The position numbers and the translations under genes were made by a program. From a virus: a stretch of DNA of 62,811 bases. Within the stretch, counting starts at the first letter, position 1. Each line of letters starts with the position of its first letter. The stretch covers positions 1 through 62,811 of the IMG/VR virus record IMGVR_UViG_3300047175_000146. The stretch is one strand, 5' to 3'. Of this stretch, positions 48,640 through 58,252 are shown in pieces. The notes below the pieces were generated by a model. That model was not told the DNA's origin. It saw only the letters and a program-made list of their open reading frames with translations, and ran no database searches.

Positions 48640-51300
48640 TTGGCCGCCTACGATTCCACCGCGACCGTCGATTCGAGCGTCAAGAGCGGCAGCCAGACGC
48701 ACGACGGGCGCACCATCACGCGCAAACCCGACGGCACCATCGAGGTGTCCGGTCCGGGCGTCACCATCCAACCGCGCATCCCCAAAGCCGGCGATTTCGA
48801 CGAAAATTTGGCCGAGGTCATGCAGCGCCACGACCGCAAACTGCTGGCCATGCGCCTCAAGGAGTTTGCCCAGGTCGACAAGGACTCCCGGCGCGACTGG
48901 GAAGAGCGCGAGCGGCGCGCCATGGAGATGCTCGGCATCAAGGACATCCCGCGCGATGACGAGGATTTGGAGGGTGGCCACGATGTGACCCACCCGGCGT
49001 TGATGGAGGCCACTGCGCGCTTCCAGGCCAACGCCATCGTCGAGATGTTCCCGCCACAAGGGCCGCTCGAAACCAAGGTGCTTGGGCTCGACACGGCGCC
49101 GAAAATGGAGCGCGCAAAACGCATCCGCACCTTCGGCAATCATTACCTGGTCGATGTCGACAAGGGCTATTTCAACGACACCGACAAGATGCTGATGTAC
49201 CTGCCGATGGGCGGCAGCGTGTTTCGCCGCGCCAGCCAGGATTTCACCACCGGGCTGCCGATTTTGCGCCACGTCAAGGCGACCAATTTCCTGGCACCCT
49301 ACGCCGGCGTCGATTTGGAATCCATGCCGCGCTATGCGTGGAAATTCACCATGACCGGCGATGACATCGACAAGGCGATGCGCATCGGCATGTTCGTCGA
49401 CCTGTATCTGCCGGCGCCGGCACCGCCGATGCCCGGCCATGCGATGCACGCCGTGGCCGCCGACCAGTCCGACATGCGCGTGGCCAACATGCATGAGCGT
49501 GACCGGCTGTACGAAATGCTCGAGTACCATATCGATCTTGAGGTGGATTGCGATCCGAAGGGAGCCGGCTCGCTCGATTTGGCCGAAGGCGATCTCGGCG
49601 TGCGCCCGTACATCGTGGTCATCGACGCGAGCAACGATGAAGTGCTCATGGTGCGGCGCAACTGGCGCAAAAAGGACAAAAACCAGTTCAAAAAACGCAT
49701 CTGGTTCGCGCACCACCAGTTTCTGCCGGGGCTTGGGTTTTACGGCTGGGGCTACCCGCACGTCATCGGCAGCATCGGCCAGGCAGCCTCCGGGGCGGTC
49801 AATTCGCTGCTCGATTCCGCGCTCGCCGCCAACTTCCAGGGCGGCTTCGTCACCAAGGAAGCCAAGGTCGCCGGCGAATTCAGATTGGAACACGGCGTCT
49901 GGAAGCAGGTCGATTCCACCGCGGAAGACCTCGCCAAGTCCTTCTACACTCCGCCGTTCAAGGAGCCGAGTCCGGCGCTGTTCAACTTGCTGGGCGATTT
50001 GGTCGGCGCCGTGCAGCGCTTCTCCGGGACCACCGATGCGGCCGTGGGGGATGGCAACAACACCGGTCCGGTTGGTACCACAATTGCCTTGATCGAGCAG
50101 GCGCAAAAGCCGCAGAACGCCATCCACAAACGCCTGCACGTCTCGATGAGCCAGGAACTGCAGATGTTCGCGCAACTGGTCGAAGACTTCATGCCGGCGA
50201 AGTACGATTACCAGATCGGCGAGGACCAGCAGTACCTGCTCAAGACCGATTTCGCGCCGGGCGTCGATGTCATCTGTGTCACTGATCCGGCCATATCCAG
50301 CGACACGCAGCGCGTCATGCGCGCCCAAGCGGTGATCGATCTGCAGTCGAAGGATCCAAGCCTGTATCCGCCGCCAAAGCGCGCCGAGGCGCACCGGCGC
50401 ATGCTGGTGGCGCTTAAGGTTCCCAATGTCGATGCCATCGCGCCGCAGGTGCAGTCGCCGCGGTATCTGGATCCGGTGGCCGAAAACGCCAATATCTTTG
50501 CCGGCACGCCGGTCAAGGTGTTTCCCGAACAGGATGACCAGGCGCACATCCAAGTGCACACCGACGGCCTGCAGCGCGCCCAGGCGCTGTACCCGCCGCA
50601 GGTGTTCGAACAAATCATCCAGCCTTCGATGCAAGCCCACATTCGCGATCACATGGCCAAGGCCTACTACAAGCAGGTCATGCAGGCCGCGCGCCTGCCC
50701 ATGAACTTCGATCAAGACGGCAATCCGCAAACCGAGAACCCGCAAGCCGAGCAACAGATCACCGCGCGCGTGGTGTCGATTCTGGCGTCTTTGCCGCACC
50801 CGCAGCCCAAGCCCGGCACGCCGGGGGCACAAGAGCAGCAGGCGCAGGTCAAGATTCAGATCATGCAACAGACCGCCGCGGCCGAGATCGACCAGGCCGA
50901 ACAGAAGTTCCAAGCCGAGGAGCGGCGCAAACAGCAGGCCTTCGACAACGAGGAAGCACGCAAGGATCGCGCGCTCGCCAACCAAGAGGCACGCCTCTCG
51001 ATCGCCGGCGCCGCGGACATGGTGCGGGGTCACTTTGAGCACCAGACCGACCTGTTGCACAAGGGTGACAAGCACGTGGTGGATATCGTGCACAGCGAGC
51101 AGAAACATCACGCCACGATGGTCCAGGGTGCCGACAAGCACGCCCAAGCGCTCGACCAAGGTGAACAGTCGCACGAAAGCGGCTTGCAGCAGGCGGACCA
51201 GCAGCATCAGCAAACCCTCAAGCAGGCCGATCAGGTGGCCAAGGCAGCCGCGGACGAGGAGGCTGAAGCGGATTCCCACATGGGCGGTTCGGTCAAATGA
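48640..51300 (+). CDS. Portal protein (with long Gln/charged C-terminal coiled-coil extension)
   Basis: 886-aa ORF (TTG start) heading the head-morphogenesis block. The size, position and general layout ('ATARFQANAIVEMFPPQGP...') fit podovirus portals. This is judged by eye only. Confidence 0.7.
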   Translation: MAAYDSTATVDSSVKSGSQTHDGRTITRKPDGTIEVSGPGVTIQPRIPKAGDFDENLAEVMQRHDRKLLAMRLKEFAQVDKDSRRDWEERERRAMEMLGIKDIPRDDEDLEGGHDVTHPALMEATARFQANAIVEMFPPQGPLETKVLGLDTAPKMERAKRIRTFGNHYLVDVDKGYFNDTDKMLMYLPMGGSVFRRASQDFTTGLPILRHVKATNFLAPYAGVDLESMPRYAWKFTMTGDDIDKAMRIGMFVDLYLPAPAPPMPGHAMHAVAADQSDMRVANMHERDRLYEMLEYHIDLEVDCDPKGAGSLDLAEGDLGVRPYIVVIDASNDEVLMVRRNWRKKDKNQFKKRIWFAHHQFLPGLGFYGWGYPHVIGSIGQAASGAVNSLLDSALAANFQGGFVTKEAKVAGEFRLEHGVWKQVDSTAEDLAKSFYTPPFKEPSPALFNLLGDLVGAVQRFSGTTDAAVGDGNNTGPVGTTIALIEQAQKPQNAIHKRLHVSMSQELQMFAQLVEDFMPAKYDYQIGEDQQYLLKTDFAPGVDVICVTDPAISSDTQRVMRAQAVIDLQSKDPSLYPPPKRAEAHRRMLVALKVPNVDAIAPQVQSPRYLDPVAENANIFAGTPVKVFPEQDDQAHIQVHTDGLQRAQALYPPQVFEQIIQPSMQAHIRDHMAKAYYKQVMQAARLPMNFDQDGNPQTENPQAEQQITARVVSILASLPHPQPKPGTPGAQEQQAQVKIQIMQQTAAAEIDQAEQKFQAEERRKQQAFDNEEARKDRALANQEARLSIAGAADMVRGHFEHQTDLLHKGDKHVVDIVHSEQKHHATMVQGADKHAQALDQGEQSHESGLQQADQQHQQTLKQADQVAKAAADEEAEADSHMGGSVK

Positions 51301-51524
51301 GCGCCAAGGGGTCCGAGGTGCGCGCTGCCCGCGGTTTTTTGCGCCAGAAACTCAAAGCCGGCAGCGCCGATATCCCCCCGAGGCAGTTTGCCAACGCGGC
51401 CCAGGAGATGGGCATGTCGTTCGAAGGGGTCGCATCCGTGCTCGCCCGGCTGTATTCTGGCGGCCAGAATCAAACGTTCTATCGGGAACAGGCCCTGGAA
51501 GACAACTTGAGGACCGGCGTATGA
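51297..51524 (+). CDS. Hypothetical protein
   Basis: 75-aa ORF with an ATGA overlap with the portal gene. Confidence 0.45.
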   Translation: MSAKGSEVRAARGFLRQKLKAGSADIPPRQFANAAQEMGMSFEGVASVLARLYSGGQNQTFYREQALEDNLRTGV

Positions 51525-51811
51525 GCAGCGTGCTGAACAGCCCCAAAAAGCGCCCTGTGCCGCACATCAACATGACGCCGGCGCTGCAAGAGGCCATCAC
51601 CGCCTACACCGTCAACGTGCCGAGCTCCGTGCGCTGCAACCCCGGCGATGCGCGCGAGGTGCGCGAGGCCATGGGGCGGCAGGCAAGGTCGTTCGAGGAT
51701 CCCGCATTTTTCTACGCCGATGAGGGTATTGCCGAAGCGCAAGCCGTCGAACATCTGATTCTTTTGGCCCAGTTACACCTCGAACATCTTCGAGCAGGAA
51801 ACCTCGCATGA
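51521..51811 (+). CDS. Hypothetical protein
   Basis: ATG 51521 in the frame of ORF 51035..51811 (the upstream part overlaps the portal gene). Confidence 0.45.
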   Translation: MSSVLNSPKKRPVPHINMTPALQEAITAYTVNVPSSVRCNPGDAREVREAMGRQARSFEDPAFFYADEGIAEAQAVEHLILLAQLHLEHLRAGNLA

Positions 51812-52080
51812 CAGCACGCACCCGCCACGGCTCCAAAGCCCATCGTACGACCCACGGCGCCGATCGCGGCAGCACGCACGAGCGTCTGCACCGTATGCAC
51901 GCACAACCGAATCGGCCCGAAGGCGCGCCGATGTCGGCTGCCCAAGGGCCCTCCGCGCCACCTCCCATGGGCATGCCCATGGCGCCACAACCCCAGGACA
52001 ACGTCGGTATGGCGCCTCCCGGCGCGCCGATGGGAGGTATGTCATCCCCCATGGACACTGAAGAAGGAGACCAGACGTGA
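51808..52080 (+). CDS. Met/Pro-rich disordered protein
   Basis: 90-aa ORF with 'PPPMGMPMAPQPQDNVGMAPPGAPMGGMSSPM'. Confidence 0.4.
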   Translation: MTARTRHGSKAHRTTHGADRGSTHERLHRMHAQPNRPEGAPMSAAQGPSAPPPMGMPMAPQPQDNVGMAPPGAPMGGMSSPMDTEEGDQT

Positions 52081-52658
52081 TCGATCGCATGGACGAGGAG
52101 AATGAGGTCCGCAAAGGCAACCGCAGCCACGTCGAGAAGGGCGGCCACGAGGAGTCGACCGGCAAGGGGCCGCATACCATGGCCGAACCCAAAGGGCGGC
52201 TGCGCGGTACGCACGGCGCCGCCGGCTTGCGCGCCGACATGGAGGATGACGTCACGGAACACGTCTCCCGGGAAGCGCGCGAGCCGCACCGTGGCATGAC
52301 CGGTGGCGAGCCCGGCGCCGGCGATGCCGCCGCGCCGTCCGGCACGCGCCGCGCCGAGGGCAGGCACATCAAAGCATCCGAGGACGAGCAGTTGGGCGAA
52401 CGCACCGTCAAAGGCGGCCGCGAGATCAAGAAAGGATCGGTCGAAGCTGATCATGTCATCGGCGAGGGCGGCCGCGTTGGCACCAAGTCCGCCGAGGGGA
52501 TGTCAGACATGGCTTCCGCTCAGGCCAATCGCAAAGAGGCCATGGAGCCCGAACGCGAAATGAGCGAGAAGGCGGCCATGGGCCGCGAGCGCAGCGTGCC
52601 GACCAAGAATGTGATGGGGCATGGCGAGCGCGAGACGATAGCCAAGCATACGATCTGA
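52077..52658 (+). CDS. Highly charged disordered protein (scaffold/internal-head-protein-like)
   Basis: 193 aa, rich in E/K/R/G/H, in the head block. Confidence 0.45.
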   Translation: MIDRMDEENEVRKGNRSHVEKGGHEESTGKGPHTMAEPKGRLRGTHGAAGLRADMEDDVTEHVSREAREPHRGMTGGEPGAGDAAAPSGTRRAEGRHIKASEDEQLGERTVKGGREIKKGSVEADHVIGEGGRVGTKSAEGMSDMASAQANRKEAMEPEREMSEKAAMGRERSVPTKNVMGHGERETIAKHTI

Positions 52659-52670
52659 AGTGTCATCACT

Positions 52671-52985
52671 GTGAATATCACGCGCCGCGGCTTCGTTTCC
52701 ATGCTGGCGCTCGCCGGGGCGGCTAATACCGTGCTGGTGCCCAACAGGAAAATTTTCCTGCCGGCCAGATCGTCTGCCGAATCCATTTACCCACTGCCCT
52801 ACAGGCAACCCGATCCAGCGCTCTTTGACATGTTGAAATATTTTGAAGGCGAGTACGCGTGGTTTTTGAGGATTCCTCCGGACCAAACTGCGTCATTTAC
52901 TTATTTTGCGCGGCGATTGAGCGATCAAGATCTGCGCGTGCTTGCGCGCGACCGTGTTATCCACGGTGAGGGATTTCATGTCTAG
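52671..52985 (+). CDS. Small protein with twin-arginine (Tat) signal-like N-terminus
   Basis: 'MNITRRGFVSMLALAGAANTVLV' fits S/T-R-R-x-F-L-K followed by an h-region. Confidence 0.5.
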   Translation: MNITRRGFVSMLALAGAANTVLVPNRKIFLPARSSAESIYPLPYRQPDPALFDMLKYFEGEYAWFLRIPPDQTASFTYFARRLSDQDLRVLARDRVIHGEGFHV

Positions 52986-53184
52986 CCGTAGCCAAAAAGA
53001 CATCAAACGGCAGCGCCTCGAACGCACGCCGGCCCAAGACCTCGAGGAGCCGCAGTCGGGTGAGGCGCCAAACACGGACGAGGATACCGGCGGCTATCGC
53101 GACGCAGACATGCCGCCACGCGGCGAGGGGCCCGACATAGGTCACGACGCCGATGACGGGGACGATGAGGGCGATGCCGAGTAG
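52978..53184 (+). CDS. Small acidic protein
   Basis: ATG 52978 overlaps the upstream gene by 8 nt. C-terminal 'GHDADDGDDEGDAE'. Confidence 0.45.
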   Translation: MSSRSQKDIKRQRLERTPAQDLEEPQSGEAPNTDEDTGGYRDADMPPRGEGPDIGHDADDGDDEGDAE

Positions 53185-53188
53185 GTCG

Positions 53189-53344
53189 ATGCGCCAGCAC
53201 CGGCTCATGGAAGCGGTCGCGCACAATCCAACGTTCGCACGTCAAGTCGGTATTCCGCAAACTGTGGGCCGGGACTATGCTACGGCCGATCAGGCACGCA
53301 CTCTCAAGCCGTTGCCTGACAGGGTCAAACCAAAACGACGATAA
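53189..53344 (+). CDS. Small hypothetical protein
   Basis: ATG 53189 within ORF 53153..53344. Confidence 0.4.
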   Translation: MRQHRLMEAVAHNPTFARQVGIPQTVGRDYATADQARTLKPLPDRVKPKRR

Positions 53345-53359
53345 CTCGGAGAGTCCACC

Positions 53360-53560
53360 ATGTCGGTGTCGTTATTATTCATGATCGTGGCGCTGGTGCT
53401 GTTTTGCATCGCCGCCGCCAACGTTCCCGTGCCGCGCGTCAACCTGATTGCCTTGGGGCTGGCGTTCTGGATTGCCGCCACCTTGTTTGGCGGCGCGCGT
53501 ATTTTGGCGGGGTGGTCGCCCGCTCCCACGCATGAGCGCCAGTTCGCGCGCGATGATTGA
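53360..53560 (+). CDS. Small two-TM membrane protein
   Basis: 'VSLLFMIVALVLFCIAAA' and 'LIALGLAFWIAATLFGGA'. Confidence 0.5.
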   Translation: MSVSLLFMIVALVLFCIAAANVPVPRVNLIALGLAFWIAATLFGGARILAGWSPAPTHERQFARDD

Positions 53561-54092
53561 TCGGCGCCAGTTCATCCAATGGACTTTGGCCATGGCGGCC
53601 GGCGCCGTCTATATGGTCGATGGTTCTGCCGTGTTGGCCAATCCCTGCGGGGAGCCACGATCTGACGCCCAGGCAGATGAAATACGATGGCTGCCGTCGG
53701 ACGATGCCATCGACAGTTGGCTCGAATGGTACAAAGTCTGGGTCAAAAAAGAATTTCCCGATATCCGCACGCTATTTCCCATGACCGCGACAGGGATGAT
53801 GTTTGGAGAAGTCGTTCTCGAGCCCACCGTTGAAGCCGCCGACCAGATGATTGCAACCCTGGAGGCGTTCGAGCATGCGCTCTACACCTTGGAAGCCACC
53901 CGTTTCAACGTCGGTGCGCATCAGGGTCTGGGTTACGAGACGGGTCGGCAGGGCGGTGTGCGCTTGGCGCGCAACTACAAAGGTCCTTGCAACGAAGGGT
54001 ATGCCTGGTACAACGGTTGGCGGGTCGGCCACGCCGATTATCTGCGCGCCCAGACGCGATCGGCCGCTGGTGGCGCGCGGTTGCATCCGTAA
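53532..54092 (+). CDS. Protein with twin-arginine (Tat) signal-like N-terminus
   Basis: 'MSASSRAMIDRRQFIQWTLAMAAGAVYMVDGSAVLA'. An alternative start is at 53553. Confidence 0.5.
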   Translation: MSASSRAMIDRRQFIQWTLAMAAGAVYMVDGSAVLANPCGEPRSDAQADEIRWLPSDDAIDSWLEWYKVWVKKEFPDIRTLFPMTATGMMFGEVVLEPTVEAADQMIATLEAFEHALYTLEATRFNVGAHQGLGYETGRQGGVRLARNYKGPCNEGYAWYNGWRVGHADYLRAQTRSAAGGARLHP

Positions 54093-54301
54093 TGGCCGAA
54101 GCTTATGAAGCACTGACATCCTTGCGCAAAGTGCTGACCGCCAAGCGCGAACATCACAAAGAGCAACTGGCGCATGGGCATTCGGAAGCGGACCTGGTCG
54201 GGCGTTGCAAAGGCTTGGAATGGGCGATAGACCGGGTGAACGAGCAAATCAAATCATTGACGCAAGGAAACGAAGATGTCGAGCCTGAAAGCAAAAACTG
54301 A
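54092..54301 (+). CDS. Small helical protein
   Basis: TAATG overlap start; 69 aa. Confidence 0.45.
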   Translation: MAEAYEALTSLRKVLTAKREHHKEQLAHGHSEADLVGRCKGLEWAIDRVNEQIKSLTQGNEDVEPESKN

Positions 54302-54755
54302 CTTGAGCCGCCTTGATCTCGCGGCACAGCGCGAGTTGGAGCAGGACAACGAAGATTTCGAATTGCTGAAGCGCGCGGTGCCCTTCGAGCCTTCCCTGTG
54401 GCACATCTTTGTCGTTCCGGTGCAACCGCGAACCATGTCCGATGGCAAGGGCGGCACATCGGTGTACGTGCCGGAAATCGCATCCGAAGCGGATAGATGG
54501 CAGGGCACGGTCGCGCGCGTCCTCAAGTGCGGACCGCTCGCTTTCGAAGGCAAGACGGCGAGCGGCTTGGATTTGAAGAATTTTTTACCGGGCATCGACT
54601 GCGCCGAAAAGCTCATCGGCAAGTACGTTTTCTATCAGCTGCATACCGGTCAGTCGATGCAGATGCGCCGCACCGGTACCGAGTTCAAGGTGTTCAAATT
54701 GACGGATTTTCTAGGGGTTACGGGCGACCCGTACGCGTGGAAGTTCTACGTGTGA
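54276..54755 (+). CDS. GroES/Cpn10-fold-like protein (tentative)
   Basis: 'WHIFVVPVQPRTMSDGKGGTSVYVPEIASEADRWQGTVARVLKCGPLAF...IGKYVFYQLHTG' parallels the GroES pattern (strand, mobile loop, G.V.avG, GD.V.y). Confidence 0.4.
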   Translation: MSSLKAKTDLSRLDLAAQRELEQDNEDFELLKRAVPFEPSLWHIFVVPVQPRTMSDGKGGTSVYVPEIASEADRWQGTVARVLKCGPLAFEGKTASGLDLKNFLPGIDCAEKLIGKYVFYQLHTGQSMQMRRTGTEFKVFKLTDFLGVTGDPYAWKFYV

Positions 54756-54822
54756 GGCAGCAATTCCGCAACTGATCGGGCTGGCGCGCAACGCCGCTTG
54801 AGCCGTTTTTTGGCCGTTTTTG

Positions 54823-54839
54823 CTGTCAGCGGCTGACAT
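54823..54839 (+). promoter_or_regulatory. Recurrent 17-nt intergenic element, copy 4 (CTGTCAGCGGCTGACAT), TACATT at +23..+28
   Basis: Preceded by a direct repeat gccgttttt x2; 59 nt upstream of ATG 54898. Confidence 0.5.
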
Positions 54840-54897
54840 ATTTTCTCGTAAGCCTCGCGGCTACATTGCCCGCAAGTGACTACGGGAGCCTCCATTC

Positions 54898-55941
54898 ATG
54901 GCAGATAGAAGCCAGGCGCGTGCCGCAACGGCCGCCTCTGAGACGGCCGAAATCTCGGTCGATTTGAACGAGCCGGACCCCGACAAAGCGGTCGAGCGCC
55001 GGCAGAGCGTCGCCTCCCAGGTGCGCGACAACCAGGAAGGTGCGCAGGGCGAGAAGCCGTATTCACGCGCCGATCGCGAATTGTTCAAGCGCATGTCGCG
55101 CTTCCAACGCAACATCCAGAAATCCTTCGACCAGAAACTCGCCGACCAGCAGGCGCGCCACCAGCAGGAAATCGCCGACCTTCGCAAGTCCTACGAGACC
55201 ATCAAAGTCGAGCGCGGCGGCGATGAGGCGGCCGCCAGCGCGCACGAAACGAAAATGAAGGAGCTCACCGAGAAACTGGCGGCCGCCAACGAGCGCGGCG
55301 ATTCCGCCGAAGCGGCGCGCATCACGGCCGAGATGATCAAGGCCGATGGCGCCTATCACGCCAAAATCTCCGGTGCTTCGCAGCGCCGCGACACCAGCGG
55401 CGATGACAGGACCTCGAGCACCACAACGACCACGGCGCGCCAGTCCGCAGGCCCCACGGCCGCTGGCTCGCGCTTCATTCTGGCCAACGAGGAGTGGTGG
55501 CACGACCCTGAGTATCAGATCGAAAAGGACGCGGCCAGCAAGTTCTACATCCAATTGATCCAGGACGAGGGCTACGACGCCAACGACGATGAGACGTTCC
55601 GCGAGGTCGCCAAGCGTCTGAAATCCAAATTCCCAGCACTCGAGGTGCAGACGCGCCGCGGCCGCGCCGCCGATCCCGATGAGGATCTCGAGGATGACGA
55701 GGAAGGTGACAACCGCAGCCGCCGCCGCGATGCGGACGATGAGCGCCCGCGCCCGCCGCCGCGCCGTGCCGCGGCCGCCAACTTTCAAGACCGCGGTGGT
55801 GACGGCGGGCGTGCCCAGCGCGCGACGCTCGACGCCAAGGACATCAAAACCATGCGCGACGCGAACATGGATCCCGACAACAATGGGCACGTGCTGGCTT
55901 TCCTGCGCGAGAAGCAGAACTACGAGCGGGTGAGCCGATGA
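54898..55941 (+). CDS. Scaffolding-like protein
   Basis: 347 aa, highly charged and helical, upstream of the capsid gene. Confidence 0.55.
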   Translation: MADRSQARAATAASETAEISVDLNEPDPDKAVERRQSVASQVRDNQEGAQGEKPYSRADRELFKRMSRFQRNIQKSFDQKLADQQARHQQEIADLRKSYETIKVERGGDEAAASAHETKMKELTEKLAAANERGDSAEAARITAEMIKADGAYHAKISGASQRRDTSGDDRTSSTTTTTARQSAGPTAAGSRFILANEEWWHDPEYQIEKDAASKFYIQLIQDEGYDANDDETFREVAKRLKSKFPALEVQTRRGRAADPDEDLEDDEEGDNRSRRRDADDERPRPPPRRAAAANFQDRGGDGGRAQRATLDAKDIKTMRDANMDPDNNGHVLAFLREKQNYERVSR

Positions 55942-56600
55942 ACGCGAGCACGATTGAGGTGTCGGGCGCCATCGTCGCGGCCGATCTCAAACAGCAGCAG
56001 CACGAGCGCGAGGCCAAGAAACCCGCGCTCGCCAAACAAAAAGCCGGCAATCGGCATCGCGGTGGCGATGACATGCACAAGGTCGACCGCAGCCACGGCC
56101 CGTCACTCGCGCAGCAGGCGGCCAGTGTCACCGTGGTCGATCGCGGCGCGGCCAAGAGCTGGCGGCGCGCCTACTCGCTGCCGTCCTTTCCCGATCCACC
56201 GGGCTACACCCTGTGCTGGGTCGCGCGCCACCGCAACCGCTTTGGCGATGATCGCAATTTGCTCATGTCGATTCGCGAAGGCTATCAGTTCGTGCGTCCC
56301 AGCGAGCTCGCCGAAGAGGATCTGCCGACCGAGACTTTCACGGGCCGACTGGCGAAGTACGGCGAAGTCATCGGCGATGAGACCACGGTGCTGATGAAAC
56401 TGCCGAACGCTTTCAAAGCCCAGCGCGACAAGTTCTACAACTCCCGGCGTGACCAGGCCACCAAGCAGGTGACCCGGCGCCGGCCAGGTCTTGCAGAAGC
56501 GAATTCGAAAATGCCGTTGGTGGAGGACATCAACGAGACGGAAATGACGCAGCCGCGAATGCGTGCCCGACGCCCACCGACCAAGGATGCCGATGAGTAG
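55938..56600 (+). CDS. Head-block hypothetical protein
   Basis: 220-aa ORF with an ATGA overlap. Confidence 0.5.
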   Translation: MNASTIEVSGAIVAADLKQQQHEREAKKPALAKQKAGNRHRGGDDMHKVDRSHGPSLAQQAASVTVVDRGAAKSWRRAYSLPSFPDPPGYTLCWVARHRNRFGDDRNLLMSIREGYQFVRPSELAEEDLPTETFTGRLAKYGEVIGDETTVLMKLPNAFKAQRDKFYNSRRDQATKQVTRRRPGLAEANSKMPLVEDINETEMTQPRMRARRPPTKDADE

Positions 56601-56641
56601 TGGTGCGTTGATCCCCCGTCCGCCTTCAAGGAGCATTTTCC

Positions 56642-57244
56642 ATGGCAGTTCCCGCGAACGTCAATAATCCGTCCGGTTTCACGCCGATCAAGCATTCGGC
56701 CGGCGGTACCCCGAACCGGACCAACACCAGCGCTGATTATTCCATCGCCGGCGGCCTGGCCTCCAACATCTACCGCGGCAGTCTGGTCAAGCCCACCGGC
56801 ACCGGCGCCAACATCGATGTGGTGGCGGAGGGCGCAAATCCCTCCATCGGGGTATTCAAGGGGGTTAATTACATCGATGCCGGCGGCAGCGTGCAGTTTC
56901 GGCCGTATTGGGGTTCGGGCCAGACCGTGCAAGCAGGCTCAACGCCCGAAGCGCTGGTGTTCGACGATCCGGACCTGTTGTTCGACGGCCAGGTGTCCGG
57001 TACCGCGGGCCTCGTCAACACCAACATCGGCAATACCGCCAACGTGCTGATTGGCACCGGCTCGCCGCTCACGGGCCAGTCCGGCGACATGGTCGATCAA
57101 TCGACCTTCTCGAGCAGTTCGACCACGCAGCAGTTGCAGGTCACGGCGCTGCGCGCGTTGCCGAACAACAATTACGGCCAGTATGCACGCGCCGTGCTGT
57201 CGATTTTCCTGCATTACAAAAATGCAGTGACGACCCCGTACTAA
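56642..57244 (+). CDS. Possible head decoration protein
   Basis: 200-aa beta-rich ORF with RBS aaggag, immediately upstream of the major capsid gene. Confidence 0.4.
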   Translation: MAVPANVNNPSGFTPIKHSAGGTPNRTNTSADYSIAGGLASNIYRGSLVKPTGTGANIDVVAEGANPSIGVFKGVNYIDAGGSVQFRPYWGSGQTVQAGSTPEALVFDDPDLLFDGQVSGTAGLVNTNIGNTANVLIGTGSPLTGQSGDMVDQSTFSSSSTTQQLQVTALRALPNNNYGQYARAVLSIFLHYKNAVTTPY

Positions 57245-57256
57245 CAGGAGCTAGCA

Positions 57257-58162
57257 ATGGCCATTTTACGCAGTGACGAACGCAAGCAGCTCCAACTGGG
57301 CTTAAATGCCGTGGTGGGTCTTGCCTACAACGAGTATCCGGACCTGTGGCCCGACATCTTCGTCGAAAGCCCGTCTGAAAAGGCGTACGAAGAAGATGTG
57401 ATGATGGCCGGCACCGGGCCGGGTGAGAACAAGCCGGAAGGTTCGCCCATCGAGTACGACGATATGTATGAGACGTTCGTCGCGCGCTATCAGCACAACA
57501 CGATCGTCAAGGCGGTCGCGATCACCGAAGAGGCGGTCGAGGACAATTTGTACCTGACGATGGGCAGCCAGATCGCGCGTGCGATGGGGCGCTCGATGAA
57601 GTACTCGAAGGAGCTCAATCGCACCAACATCCTGAACTACGGCTTTGCCGCCACCAACCCCGGCGGCGATGGCGTGCCGCTGTTCTCGACCGCCCACCCC
57701 TTGGGCGGCGGGGGCACGTTATCGAACATGCTCGCGACCTCCGCGCAGCTCTCCGAGGCGGCGCTTGAGCAGATCTCGATCCAGATCGCCGAGTGGACCG
57801 ACGAGCGCGGCATTCCGGTGCGCGCGATGATCAAGAAATTGGTCATCCCGACCGAACTGCAGTTCGTGGCCGCCAGGCTATTGATGACGCCCTACCAGCC
57901 CGACACCGGCGACAACAACATCAATGCGTTGTTCAAACTGGGCACGATCCGCGATGGCTTCTCCGTCAACCGCTACATGTTCTCGCCCACGCAGTGGGTG
58001 CTGATCACCGACGTGCCGGATGGCCTGCGCGCCTTCAGCCGGCGCGCGTTGAAGAAGGGCCTTGAGGGCGATTTCGAGACCGGCAACCTGCGCTACAAGG
58101 TCTCGGAACGCTACAGCCAGGGCTGGACCAACCCGCGTGGAGCGGCAGCGTCCGGCAATTGA
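57257..58162 (+). CDS. Major capsid protein (HK97-fold type)
   Basis: 301 aa with RBS aggag. 'DDMYETFVARYQHNTIVKAVAITEEAVEDNLY...FSTAHPLGGG...LVIPTELQFVAARLL...INALFKLG' fits gpT/HK97-like capsid families. Confidence 0.8.
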   Translation: MAILRSDERKQLQLGLNAVVGLAYNEYPDLWPDIFVESPSEKAYEEDVMMAGTGPGENKPEGSPIEYDDMYETFVARYQHNTIVKAVAITEEAVEDNLYLTMGSQIARAMGRSMKYSKELNRTNILNYGFAATNPGGDGVPLFSTAHPLGGGGTLSNMLATSAQLSEAALEQISIQIAEWTDERGIPVRAMIKKLVIPTELQFVAARLLMTPYQPDTGDNNINALFKLGTIRDGFSVNRYMFSPTQWVLITDVPDGLRAFSRRALKKGLEGDFETGNLRYKVSERYSQGWTNPRGAAASGN

Positions 58163-58252
58163 TCCACGCCGCCGTTCGAGGGCACGAGTCCTCGAACGGC
58201 GGATGCCGATTCAAGGATGCCCATTGCGGGCTGCCCATCAGGAGCTTTCCTC

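Noticed and set aside
48529-51279. 916-aa ORF antisense to the portal gene
   Set aside because: Its composition is dominated by Arg/Leu/Gly/His/Val, as expected from the reverse frame of a GC-rich gene. It mirrors a well-formed + strand gene and has no operon context.
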